Shown here one piece after another: positions 45,879 to 55,800 of a stretch of 64,000 nt of DNA; the first letter of the stretch is position 1; each line of letters opens with the position of its first letter. The position numbers were made by a program, and so were the translations under genes. Under the pieces are notes generated by a model. That model saw nothing but the letters and a program-made list of their open reading frames with translations. It did not search any database and was not told the origin of the DNA. This stretch comes from Kofleriaceae bacterium (GTDB lineage: Bacteria; Myxococcota_A; Polyangia; Haliangiales; Haliangiaceae): NCBI GenBank assembly GCA_965215005.1, contig CBDCCZ010000058.1, positions 46,479 through 110,478 on the forward strand, given 5' to 3'.

Positions 45879-47809
45879 TCACGGCGCCGTTGGCTCGAGC
45901 AGCGCCGCGGCGCGCAGCATCGCCGAGCCAACGTGCTGGACGTAGTCGATGCGCACGGTGCGATCGACCGGAGTGGCGGGAACCGCGCCTTCGGCATGCG
46001 CGGCGCGGGCGGTGGCAAAGGCGCTGCTCGGGCGTATCTGTTGGGCGAGAACGAAGCCGAGCGCCGCGCGGATCTGCGCGAGCAGCGCCGGGCTCGCCAC
46101 GCCGTGGTGCTTCTCGAGAAGATAGGTGGAAATCATCGCTTCGGTGCGCGAGCCGGCGGGGGTGGTGTGCGGCACCAGAAACGGCGTGAAGCCATAGGCG
46201 CCAATCCAGTCGTCGGGCGCGCCAAAGGCGCCGGGCACGCGCTGCTGCTCGCGCAAGAACGCCGCGTAGTGGCTGCAGAAGCGCTGGTACGCGGGTTTCT
46301 TCACCGCGGGATAGATGGCTTCCGCGGCGATGCAGGTCCAGTGTTCTTCGTGAAAGAAGTAGCCGCCGAGGAAGAAGTCATACCAGCCGACGAGCCAATC
46401 GAGCGCCCGCTCGGCGGCGGCGGCGTAGCGCTCTTGCTTGGTCACCGCGTGCAGTCGCGCCAGTGCTAGCGCCGCTTCGCCGGAGTAGTAGAGGAGCTCG
46501 GCCTCGGCATCGCGGGCGCCGCTGCCGAGGTCATAGCGATGCGTAAACGAGCCATCCGCGCGCTGCATGAAGAGCAGCCATTCGCCGAGCGCTTGCGCCA
46601 GCGGTAGGTATCGCGCATCGCCGGTGGCGCGCTGATATTCCACCAGCGCGACCACGGTGAGCGCGGTGGCGCCGAGACCGGCCGAGGTTTGACCTTGGTC
46701 GACCACGCATTGGAACGGGGCGCCGGTGGCGGAGGTGCCGCTGCAGCCGCCTATGTCGATGAGCTCCTCGAGATGCGCGAAGGCGCGCTCGATCGGCTCG
46801 CGCAGCCATGGCTCCGCGGTTAGACGATAGGCTTCGGCGAGGAAATAGGTGGTGCCGGCGTGGCGCGGAATGCTGTACGGACCGCTGGTGGGATTGGAGC
46901 CGCGGCCGCTGGTGAGGTCGCGCTGATAGACATAGCGACCGCTCGCGGTTAGCTGGGCAACCAGATAGCGAGCGCCGGCCAGCGCGCCGGCGACAAGGTT
47001 GGCAGCAGTTGGCTCGGGCCCCGGCGGCAGGCCGCGGGTGAGCGGCAGCGGCGCGCCGGCGGGCGCTTCGACGAAGCTATCGACGCGAAAGCGAAACAGA
47101 CGCCGCCTTGCGGTTCCCCACGCACCGGCGGGCAGCGCCGCTTCGGCAGCCAGCGTCATGTCGGCAGCCTCGGCATCGAAGCCCATCTGCAGATCCGGCA
47201 CCAGCGCCAGCGGCTGCGCTTTGGTGAGGAGGCCGGCGCGGATTAAGTCGTCCGGCAACAGGAAGTACTCGATGGCGTCGCCGTCCGCTGTGCCGGCCTC
47301 GGGGGGCCTGCAGCGCTCGGCAGCTCGGTGAGGTGAACACCGACGCCGTCGAGGCCGGGATTGACGGCCAAGGCGGTGACCAGCGGGTGGACGCGCGGCA
47401 GCGGGCCGCGTGCGACCACAAGGTCGAGCTGCACGCGGGCTTGGGCGCGGGTGCGGCGGCTGAGCCGGGTGAGCCGCGGATCGACTGCCAGCTTCTCGGC
47501 CGCGGCAACGATGGCCTCGGCGATGGAAGCGCCGTAGCCAATAGCGCGCACCTGCACCGCCCCCGCGTGCCACACGGTGACAACCGCGGGGCCGCCGCCT
47601 GGAAGTGCGCGCGAGAGCTCGGGGTGCGCGGGCGGCGTCATCGGACGCTCATCGAGCACCGCGCGCAGTGGCGCCATCGCCGCCGCGCGCGCGGCGGCCG
47701 AGAGTCGCGGCGGCACCTCGAGATGCACGTGGTGATACGCGGCGGCGGCGACCATGGCGAAAACGGCGCTGGGAAGGCTCCACAGCGCCACCCGGCGCCA
47801 CCACCTCAC
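45879..47809 (-). pseudogene. Frameshifted gene for a membrane-anchored protein with a probable (alpha/alpha)6-barrel domain
   Basis: GTG start overlaps the upstream stop; the protein-like frame switches at a C6 run (47301-47306); downstream motifs YSIPRHAGT, MQRADGSF, YYSGEA, RIDYVQH. Confidence 0.65.
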
Positions 47810-48246
47810 GTGCAGGGCGCTCCGAATGCGCGCCGGCCGGCGGTGGTTCGCAGGTACTTGAGCTGAAACAGCGGCAACAAGGCGACCAGCTCGATGACGA
47901 GGGCGGCGATCACCAGGCTGAGTAGCGACGCGGCGCGGCCGAGGCCGCCGTACACCCCCGCCAAGAACCCCGCCGAGGCGAGCAGCATGATGAGCAGCGC
48001 GAGCGCCACCAGCAGCGAGACGCCGCAGCCGAGGGACGCCAGCCACCACCCTCGAAGGCCGCCGAGCAGCATGCCCGCAGCCATGCCGCCGGTGGACAGG
48101 ATCAACGCGCAAAACAAGACCTGCCCGAGGCCATGGCGGTCGCTAGGCAGGTTGAGGAGCAGGCCCAGGTACACCAGCGCGAAGACGAGATCCAACGCGG
48201 CGTAGACGCGCGGCCGGGCATCGGGCGGAGCGGCAGGGCGGGCCAT
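47806..48246 (-). CDS. Small multi-pass membrane protein
   Basis: About four hydrophobic helices; stop overlaps the next start. Confidence 0.7.
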   Translation of the reverse strand: MARPAAPPDARPRVYAALDLVFALVYLGLLLNLPSDRHGLGQVLFCALILSTGGMAAGMLLGGLRGWWLASLGCGVSLLVALALLIMLLASAGFLAGVYGGLGRAASLLSLVIAALVIELVALLPLFQLKYLRTTAGRRAFGAPCT

Positions 48247-48371
48247 GGCGCCCGAGTGGTAGCACATCCGCTCGCGACTCCGCCGCGGGATTGCTGACGC
48301 GGGCTGCGCCGCCTGGTGAGGAGCGAGGTTTTGTGCGGTCAACCGCCCTGCCCTCTGATACGCTGACCGGT

Positions 48372-48740
48372 ATGTCGAAGTTTGACGCCAAGGGAGCGCC
48401 GCTGGTACGCGAGGTTCTGCGGCCGTATCGGGCCCGTAGCGGGGTCGGTGTCATCGTCGTCGCTGCGTCAGCTATGTTCTTTGCGGTCGGCTCCTCGGCG
48501 CTGATCGTGCACGCGCGTATGAGCTCTGATAATGGCGGCTGCCCGGCGCGAGCGCTGCCGGCGGCGCAGAGCTGGCAAGCGGCGCCGAGCCCCGATGAGT
48601 GCGGGCGAGCCAGCTTCGTCGCCAACGAAGATGGCAGCGAGACGGTCTATTTCCGCGCCTGTGAGCCAGCGCAGACGATGCGCGCTCCCCAGGCGCAAGC
48701 GCTCGACGGCTACGACGTCATCGAAGTCGAGATTCGCTGA
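48372..48740 (+). CDS. Single-pass membrane hypothetical protein
   Basis: One TM segment; TGaTACGCT -10-like element 7 nt before ATG. Confidence 0.55.
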   Translation: MSKFDAKGAPLVREVLRPYRARSGVGVIVVAASAMFFAVGSSALIVHARMSSDNGGCPARALPAAQSWQAAPSPDECGRASFVANEDGSETVYFRACEPAQTMRAPQAQALDGYDVIEVEIR

Positions 48741-48775
48741 GCGCCTTCCCCGGCCCGGGGGTTAGCACGACCGCG

Positions 48776-50707
48776 TTAGCACGGCGGCCGTGCCGAGGTG
48801 TCGACGGGCGCCGGGCTCGGCAGGATCTGCCGCAGGTACTCGTACTCCTCGGTGCAAAACCGGCCGGGCGGCGCGCCACCGAGCTCGGCCCGCTCACGGA
48901 ACGGGCGAGCGCCGCCGGCGTCCATCAGCCGCCCCGGCGCGTCTCCGCGGTTGTGAAAGCCCTCGCCGTGCGGGTTGGCGAGCCCGAGAGAGTGGCCAAT
49001 TTCGTGGCTCACGGTGGTGCCGATGAGCGCGCCCAGCGCGTGCACGGCGCAGGCGATTTGGGTCGAGCGGTCGGTGGCCGGACACGCTGCGCCGCCGGCG
49101 ACCGACGGCAGCCCCGCGGTCAAGTCGCGCGCCGCCACGCGCTCGCCGCCGCGGTCGGGGCGGAACGGGTCGAAGATCTCGTCGAACAAGCCGTCAGCGC
49201 CGGGCAGCGGTTGCGCATAGGCGCCGGGGTCGAGCGAGAAGCCAAACATCGACTCGATGAACACCCCGCCGTAGCCGGGAAATCCGTCTTCCTGGGTCTG
49301 CGCGTTGACCCCGCCGATGCGGTCGTAGAGGCGCTCGTTGCCGTTGTCCTTGCCGGGCGTGTTGTCGTAGCCAAACAGCCCGAGGCCGTTGGGATCGGGG
49401 CCAGAGATCTGGACCTCGCTATACAGCGCGTAGTCGTCGGGGCGGGTGAGGCGAACCTCGAGGTTGACGGTGGCATACGCGGCAGCCACGACGCTGGCGA
49501 CGCGCTCGCGGATGAAGGCGTCGACGCCGCGCAGGCCAAAGTGGCGCAAGCTCTCGACGTAGGACGATTCGAAGTGGAGATACACGAGCTGCTTGACCGG
49601 CTCGATGGCGAGCTCGAGCGGCGCGGAGTCACCGATGACCTCGTCCCCCTGCCACGCCACCACCGGGGTCATGGTGCCAACGAAGGTGCCGGTCGTGCCG
49701 CGCACATCGACGGCGTCGGCAAGCGAGTCGTCCTCGTTGATGATGTAGCGGGCCAGATTCCCGGCTTCGACGCGGGGTATCAGCGTCAGCTCTACGGCGA
49801 CCGACTCGGTGGAGCCAGCGACGGAGAAGCTGCCGCGCAGCTCGAGCAGCGTGGCGCCGCCGTCGACGCTGCCGACGAAGCCGCCGCCGCGGATGTCGAC
49901 CCATTGGCCGAGACTGGCCGCGGTGGGACTTACGGCAAACACCGCCGGGGCGATGAGCTCATAGCTGACCACGCGGTCACCGCTGGTCGCCATGGCGCCG
50001 GTGCTGGGCTCGTTGCGCACGCTCACGCGGCCTTCGAACGTGCCCGGCTCGATCCCCGCGATGGTCGGCGAAAACGCAAACGTCGCGTTGCGGCGGTCAA
50101 AGCGGGTCGCCGGCACCAGGGGCATCTCCACCGGGTCGATCGCCACGCACGCAGCGTCGCTGCTGCCGCGGCGCACGCACCCCGAAACCACCGCCACCGA
50201 GCGGCCTTCGCCGCCGCCTAGCAGCAGCCCCGCCGCGCGCAGCTCGATGGCGTCGTTGACGAACACCAGGCCGCTGTCCTGCAAGTCGGTCAGCTCCGGC
50301 CGCAGCTCCTCGCGCACGTCGAGCTGCACCGGCAGCGGCGCGGTTTCGTAGACGTGTCCGTCGACGCCGCTGGTCACCATCACCACCGCCTCGGCAGTGA
50401 GCTCGCCGGTGCCGAGCAGGTCAAACGCGGTTCGATCGATATCCACTGCCAATTCATTGGGCGAGACATATCGAGCGGGGAACTGTGCCTCCTGGCCACC
50501 GCTGCGCAGGCGCAGCACACTTGTGCCCCACGGGCTGCCGACGAACGACGCGCCGGTGATGACGAGCGTGGTTCCCGGCACGATGATGCTCGGCTGCACC
50601 GACTCGACGGCAAGCCCCTCGAGCCCGGGGTCGCCGCCGCCGACCGATGCCGAGCAGCCGCCTAGCGCCGCGAGCCCGACGACAAGCACCCGCACCGCGC
50701 TCTTCAT
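48776..50707 (-). CDS. Lipoprotein with IPT/Ig-like domains and a C-terminal zincin (HExxH) domain
   Basis: Lipobox LGGC; HEIGHSLGLANPH motif followed by RLMD (Met-turn-like); ATGA overlap. Confidence 0.75.
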   Translation of the reverse strand: MKSAVRVLVVGLAALGGCSASVGGGDPGLEGLAVESVQPSIIVPGTTLVITGASFVGSPWGTSVLRLRSGGQEAQFPARYVSPNELAVDIDRTAFDLLGTGELTAEAVVMVTSGVDGHVYETAPLPVQLDVREELRPELTDLQDSGLVFVNDAIELRAAGLLLGGGEGRSVAVVSGCVRRGSSDAACVAIDPVEMPLVPATRFDRRNATFAFSPTIAGIEPGTFEGRVSVRNEPSTGAMATSGDRVVSYELIAPAVFAVSPTAASLGQWVDIRGGGFVGSVDGGATLLELRGSFSVAGSTESVAVELTLIPRVEAGNLARYIINEDDSLADAVDVRGTTGTFVGTMTPVVAWQGDEVIGDSAPLELAIEPVKQLVYLHFESSYVESLRHFGLRGVDAFIRERVASVVAAAYATVNLEVRLTRPDDYALYSEVQISGPDPNGLGLFGYDNTPGKDNGNERLYDRIGGVNAQTQEDGFPGYGGVFIESMFGFSLDPGAYAQPLPGADGLFDEIFDPFRPDRGGERVAARDLTAGLPSVAGGAACPATDRSTQIACAVHALGALIGTTVSHEIGHSLGLANPHGEGFHNRGDAPGRLMDAGGARPFRERAELGGAPPGRFCTEEYEYLRQILPSPAPVDTSARPPC

Positions 50708-52764
50708 CGCTCCTCGATCGCTACGCGGATGTCGTAGCTGTTGGTCGAGCCGCTGTAGCCGTGGACTTTCAGGAAGTAGGGCCCGTCGGCGGCAACCGTG
50801 TGCTCGAGGTGCTCGTTGGAGGTGGTGCTCTGGCCGTTGTCGGCGTTGCAGCACGGCGTGAGGTTGGTGGTGCCGTCGCTGCCAAATAGATAGATGTCGA
50901 GGTCGCGGCCCGCCTCGGTGTGCTCGAAGACGAGGTCGGCGCGGACCGTCTCGCCCGCGAGCAGCTCGACGCGATACCAGTCGGAGTCGCCGGTGCAGAT
51001 GGCGTTGCCGCTGCGCTGATACGGCTCGGGCAGCGCGGTCACGGTGCGAGCGCGGGCGGGGTCGTCGTCTTCTTCGTAGGCATCATCGACACAGGCATCG
51101 CAGCGCTTCGGGCTCGCCTGATACTCGAACAAATACTCGTTGGGCATGGAGCCATAGGCAAACACGCGCGCGTAGTAGCGACCGGGCGCGACGCAGCGGC
51201 CGATGTCCTCCTCGGAGCTGTAGCTTTGCGATGCGCTGAGGCGGCGGCCGTCGGTGTCGTAAAGGCCGAGATCGAGGTCGCTGGCGGTGCCGCCGACGAG
51301 CACCAGCTCGATCTGCGACTCTTCGGCGATCTCGAGGCGAAACCAATCTTCATCGTCGCCGGCGCCCATGGGGCAGCTCATGAGCTCGTAGTACGCCGGC
51401 GGCAGCGGCGGGTTGGCGGCCGCTTGCGCTCGGCTGTCGTTGTCCTCGCGATCATCATCGAGGCAGGTCGCGCCGCCGGGCGCGCGGCAGTCGCTCGAGC
51501 GCGGCACGCATTGCCGCGCCTCCACGCCTTCCACCGAGGTCACGGCCTCGGCCGAGCACGTGAAGTCGGCACCACAGTCGGCGCCCCCTCGACACGCTGC
51601 CAAGCAGAAGCCTTCGGCTTCGACGCCCACCCGCACGCAAAGGTCGCCCGCGCCGCCGCACTGCACATCGGCCGTGCAGGGCTCGCACACCGCCGCGCCG
51701 CCCGCGCCGCCGGGATTGGTCACCGTCATCGAGTAGGCCCCGGTGGTTGGCTCCTGGGTGAGATGGTCGCAATCGCCGGTCTCGTCGTCATCGTCATTGG
51801 CAACGATGACGTAATAGAGCGACGCCGAGGTTCCCGCAGCGGCCGTGGCCACCGGGTTGGGGACGTCGGCGGCCCAGGTGCCGCGCTGCGAGGTGCCGGT
51901 GAGCAGCTCCATCGTCACCTGCGTCATCTGTCCGAGGTCGGGCGGATCGGCCGGCGCCGTGGTGGCGTAATAGAGGAGCGGCTCGCGCTTGAGCCCTTTG
52001 TCGTCTTCGATCGTTGCGGCAATGGTGAGCCCGGCGCGCGTCGATTCGTTCTCGGGCGTATGGGAAATGATCGGCGCCGCCCCCGGGCAATCGGGTTTGA
52101 CCGCTTTGCGCAGCACCACCAGGTAGCTCTTCTGGGTGGCGGGATTGGCGAGGTCATCGGCGGAGAGGACCAGCATGTAGCGATCGTCGGCCTCGATCTG
52201 CGCCGGCGATGGACACCAGCGCCAGGTCCCGGCCAGGCCGCTGTCGTTCGCAATCGTCGCGCCTTCGATGACTGGCTCCTCTTGGCCGAGGATCACCGAG
52301 GTGGAGTCTTGATCGTCGATGCGAACGTCGAGCTCGACGCAGCTCTTCTGCGCCAAGTCCAAGGTCGTGCCGGTGCCGAGCGGCGCGCGAAACAGCGGCG
52401 CGCTGTTTTGCCCCACCGCGCTGCGTACCTCGACCGCGACCGTGACCGTGTCGTCGTGGGCGCCGTCGGAGACGGTGAAGTCAAAAAACCAGGTGCCGAC
52501 GTCGCTGGCCAGCGGCGTCCACCGGAACACCCCGGTGCCGCTCGGTGAGCGGGTGAGGCGCGCGCGTTGATGAATGGACGCGGCGTTGGACTCGAATTGA
52601 TAGAAGAGCGCGTCGCCGTCGGCATCGGTCGCGACGAGCTCGATGGTCAGCTCGCTGCCGACCGCTACGACGCGATCGTCGACCGCGCCGAGCTCCGGCG
52701 CCACGCCGTCACCGGCGCATGCAGTGGTGGCCACAATCCCGGCCAGTGCGACAATACGGCGCAT
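50704..52764 (-). CDS. Lipoprotein with cadherin/Ig-like, Cys-rich and two PPC-like domains
   Basis: Lipobox TTAC; ATDADGD Ig unit; DEDWFR...DLDLGLYD and DSDWYR...DLDIYLF repeats; GGAGA SD. Confidence 0.78.
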   Translation of the reverse strand: MRRIVALAGIVATTACAGDGVAPELGAVDDRVVAVGSELTIELVATDADGDALFYQFESNAASIHQRARLTRSPSGTGVFRWTPLASDVGTWFFDFTVSDGAHDDTVTVAVEVRSAVGQNSAPLFRAPLGTGTTLDLAQKSCVELDVRIDDQDSTSVILGQEEPVIEGATIANDSGLAGTWRWCPSPAQIEADDRYMLVLSADDLANPATQKSYLVVLRKAVKPDCPGAAPIISHTPENESTRAGLTIAATIEDDKGLKREPLLYYATTAPADPPDLGQMTQVTMELLTGTSQRGTWAADVPNPVATAAAGTSASLYYVIVANDDDDETGDCDHLTQEPTTGAYSMTVTNPGGAGGAAVCEPCTADVQCGGAGDLCVRVGVEAEGFCLAACRGGADCGADFTCSAEAVTSVEGVEARQCVPRSSDCRAPGGATCLDDDREDNDSRAQAAANPPLPPAYYELMSCPMGAGDDEDWFRLEIAEESQIELVLVGGTASDLDLGLYDTDGRRLSASQSYSSEEDIGRCVAPGRYYARVFAYGSMPNEYLFEYQASPKRCDACVDDAYEEDDDPARARTVTALPEPYQRSGNAICTGDSDWYRVELLAGETVRADLVFEHTEAGRDLDIYLFGSDGTTNLTPCCNADNGQSTTSNEHLEHTVAADGPYFLKVHGYSGSTNSYDIRVAIEER

Positions 52765-52898
52765 AATCTCCCTTTGCTCGAGCCCCATGGATCCTCGCGA
52801 CGAACGCGCCGCAGCGCGGTGCAAGCGATGCGCCACCGGGCGCAGAGGCTCTTCGTGATCCGCTTCACAGGTGCGGACGCGGCGACGGACGCAGCGCC

Positions 52899-55800
52899 CT
52901 ACGCCAGGCTGGCGTGGATCCGCGCGTGATCGTCGGAGACTGCAAAGGCAATCAGATCGGCGATGCGCTCCTCGGTCGCGTCGCCGGCACGCAACACCTG
53001 TAGAGCGGCGGTGGCGCTGCCACAAGCCACCAGGCCAGCGCGGTCGCCAGCGCGATGGATGGCCATCCAGATGCTGCGATGGTCGAGCGGCGCGCCCGCC
53101 AAGCTAACCGCGTACGGCCGAAGCTCGCTGAGCAGCGCGCCGGGAATCAACTTGCGCAGCCGCGCCTGCTGCTCCGTGATGGCCGCTTCGGGCAGCTCTG
53201 CCGCGGCTAGCTCGGGGACCAGCTGCCGGAGCAGCGCGATGAGAAAGCCGCCAAAGGCATCGACCTCGAGGTGCTCGGCGCCGGTGAGGCATGCGCGCGC
53301 CAGCAGCAGCGCACGGCCGGTGGCAAAGCGCAGCGAGTCCAGTGGCAGCTCAGAGGCCAGCGCGGCGCCGATGACCAGCGCCGGGGGACTCGAGGGAACC
53401 GCTATGGCGCGCGCTGCGAGAGAGTCGGCGACGTAAACCTCGACCGCGCGGATGCCGAGCTGGGTGGCGACGCGCTGGACTTGCGCGACCACCGCAGCCG
53501 CTTGCGGGTCGCGCTCGGGGCGCAGGCGGTCGCCGCGAGCGATCCCGAGGCTGCGCAGGTCCAAAGCCAGGTGTTTGGCGATGCGATCGCCCAGGTGCAA
53601 CAGGAGCTGCCGCAGCGCCGCCGGCACCGCCGCGGGAAATAGCAGGTCGTCGTGCTCGGCGTTGGCCAGCACCGCAGCGGCGCCGGGAGCATCGGCGGCC
53701 AGCACCGCGGTGAGCTCGGCATCGCCGGCGAGCTCGCTGCGCGGATGATCGAGCGCGCTGGCCAGCTCAGCGGCGTAGCGCGCAACGGCGCGCGAGCCGC
53801 GAACACCCGCGCGTTCCCGCTCGAGCATCGCCCGGGCGATGACGCGATGGGCCTCGGCGTCGAACGGGTTTTCGACGATGCGGGTCCGCATCCGCGCCAG
53901 CAGCCGATCGAGGTGCACTCGCAGCGACTGGAGCTCGCCGGTCTGGTGATAGAAGCTCGCCAACCCCTGCAGCGCCGCCGCGCTGTGGGGGGCGAGCTCC
54001 AAGGCGGCGCGGTAGGCGCGCTCGGCCTGACCGCGATCGCCGAACCCGCTTTCCAGAATGCCGGCCATGCGATGCAGGTAGCCGACCCGGACCTCGGGCT
54101 CGCCGCCGAGCTTGACCAGCCGTTCGCAGGCGGCCAGCGCGGTTCGCCAGTCGCCGGCGCCGGCGGCCACGCGGGCGAGATGATCGAGGGCATCGGCATC
54201 CGCCGGGTCGAACGACAGCACTTTCTGAAATGATTTGGTCGCCCAGCGGGCGTCTGGCAGGTGGTCGGCGTAGAGGATGCCAAGCCGATAGAACACGCCC
54301 TTGAGAACCGCGGGATCGGTCTCGGTGCGAGCGCGAACGATCAGCGCCTCGGCAGCCTCGGCCCACGCGCCTTGTTCCCAGGCGAGCTCGGAGAGCTCGG
54401 CAATGGCGCTGCGATCGCTGGGTCGCAGCGTCAGCAGCGCTCGCAGCTCGGCCTTGGCAGCGTCGCGATCCTCGAGCACGTTGCGGTAGAGCGCCGCTAG
54501 CTCGCGATGCAGCGCGATGCGTACGGTTGCCGCTGACTCGAGCGGCACGCGCGCGGCGAGCAGCGCCGCCAATGCCTCGTGCTCGCCCTGCTCATCGAGC
54601 AGCATGCGCAGCCGCAGGAACGCGTCGCGGTGACGCGGCTCGAGCGCCAAGACCTGCCGCAACAGGCGTGCAGCACGCTCGCCGTTGGTGGCGCGGTCCA
54701 TCAGCGCCACGGCCGCAAAATGCAGCAGCGCGGCGCGCTCGGCGGGCCCGTCGGCGAGCGCCGCCGAGCGCTCGGCCGACTCGGCGACGTCGAGCCAAAG
54801 CTGGCCGCGCAACGCGGCCTCGCGCCAGCCCTCGAAGGCGGCCGTGGAATCTCCGGCCATGCCCGCGGCGGTGCGAAAGTGGTCGATGGCGGCATCGAGC
54901 TGACCGAGCATCATACGGGTCTCGCCGGCACGGGTGAGGAAGGCAGCGCGGCCGCGGGGGTCAGCGGCGAAGTACTCGGCGACGGTTTCCTCCAGCGCAG
55001 CAAGCTCGTCGCTGGGGCCGGCCTCGCGCGCTTGGGCCTCGAGGTGAAACAGCGCGATGCGCATTGGCGGCGGCGCGGCGGCGCGGCGCAGCTCGGCATT
55101 GAGCTCGCTGGACGGACGCGCCAGCAGGCGAGCCAGGCGCGCACGCTCCAGGGCCATGGCCGCTGCGGTGGCGTCGGCAGCGAGCAGCTCGCCGTAGCGG
55201 CCGTAGACCTCATAGAGCTCGGCGACGCGGTTGCTTTGCAGATAGGCGCGTTCCAATGCGCGCCACGCCGGCAGGCGGGTTGGATCGGCGGCGACGGCCG
55301 ACTGCCACGCGAGCAGCGCCGAGCCTTCATCGCCGCGCAGCTGCTGATCGATGGTTGCCAACAGCTCGTAGGCGTCGGCGCGCGCGCTGCTGTCGGACCC
55401 CGAGCTGGCGCGCTCGAGGTCGCGCAGCGCCAGCTCGGCCAGCGGCGCGGCCTCACCGGCGGCCACGCCGGCACGCCACAGGCCCTCGCGGGCGAGCGGA
55501 TCGCTTGGCCGCAGCGTGAGCGCCCGCAGGTACAGCTCCACCGCCCGCGCCGGGTCGCCGAGGTTGTCGCAGAGGTGCTCGGCGTCGCGCACCAGCCGGG
55601 CGAAGTCGTCGACACCGGTCGCTGCGGAGGGAGTGGCCACCTCCAGTGCGCGGCCGTGGCGGCGCTGCAGCTCTTCGAGCGCGTCGGCAGCGGGTGCAAA
55701 CTGCGGCTGTGCCGCCACGACCTCCGCCAGCAGCGCCGCGGCGTGCTCGTCAGTGGGCGCGCCGAGCGGCTCGCGGCTGGCAGGATGGGCACGACCCTCG

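Noticed and set aside
50920..52548. 542-aa plus-strand ORF
   Set aside because: Antisense to the PPC lipoprotein gene
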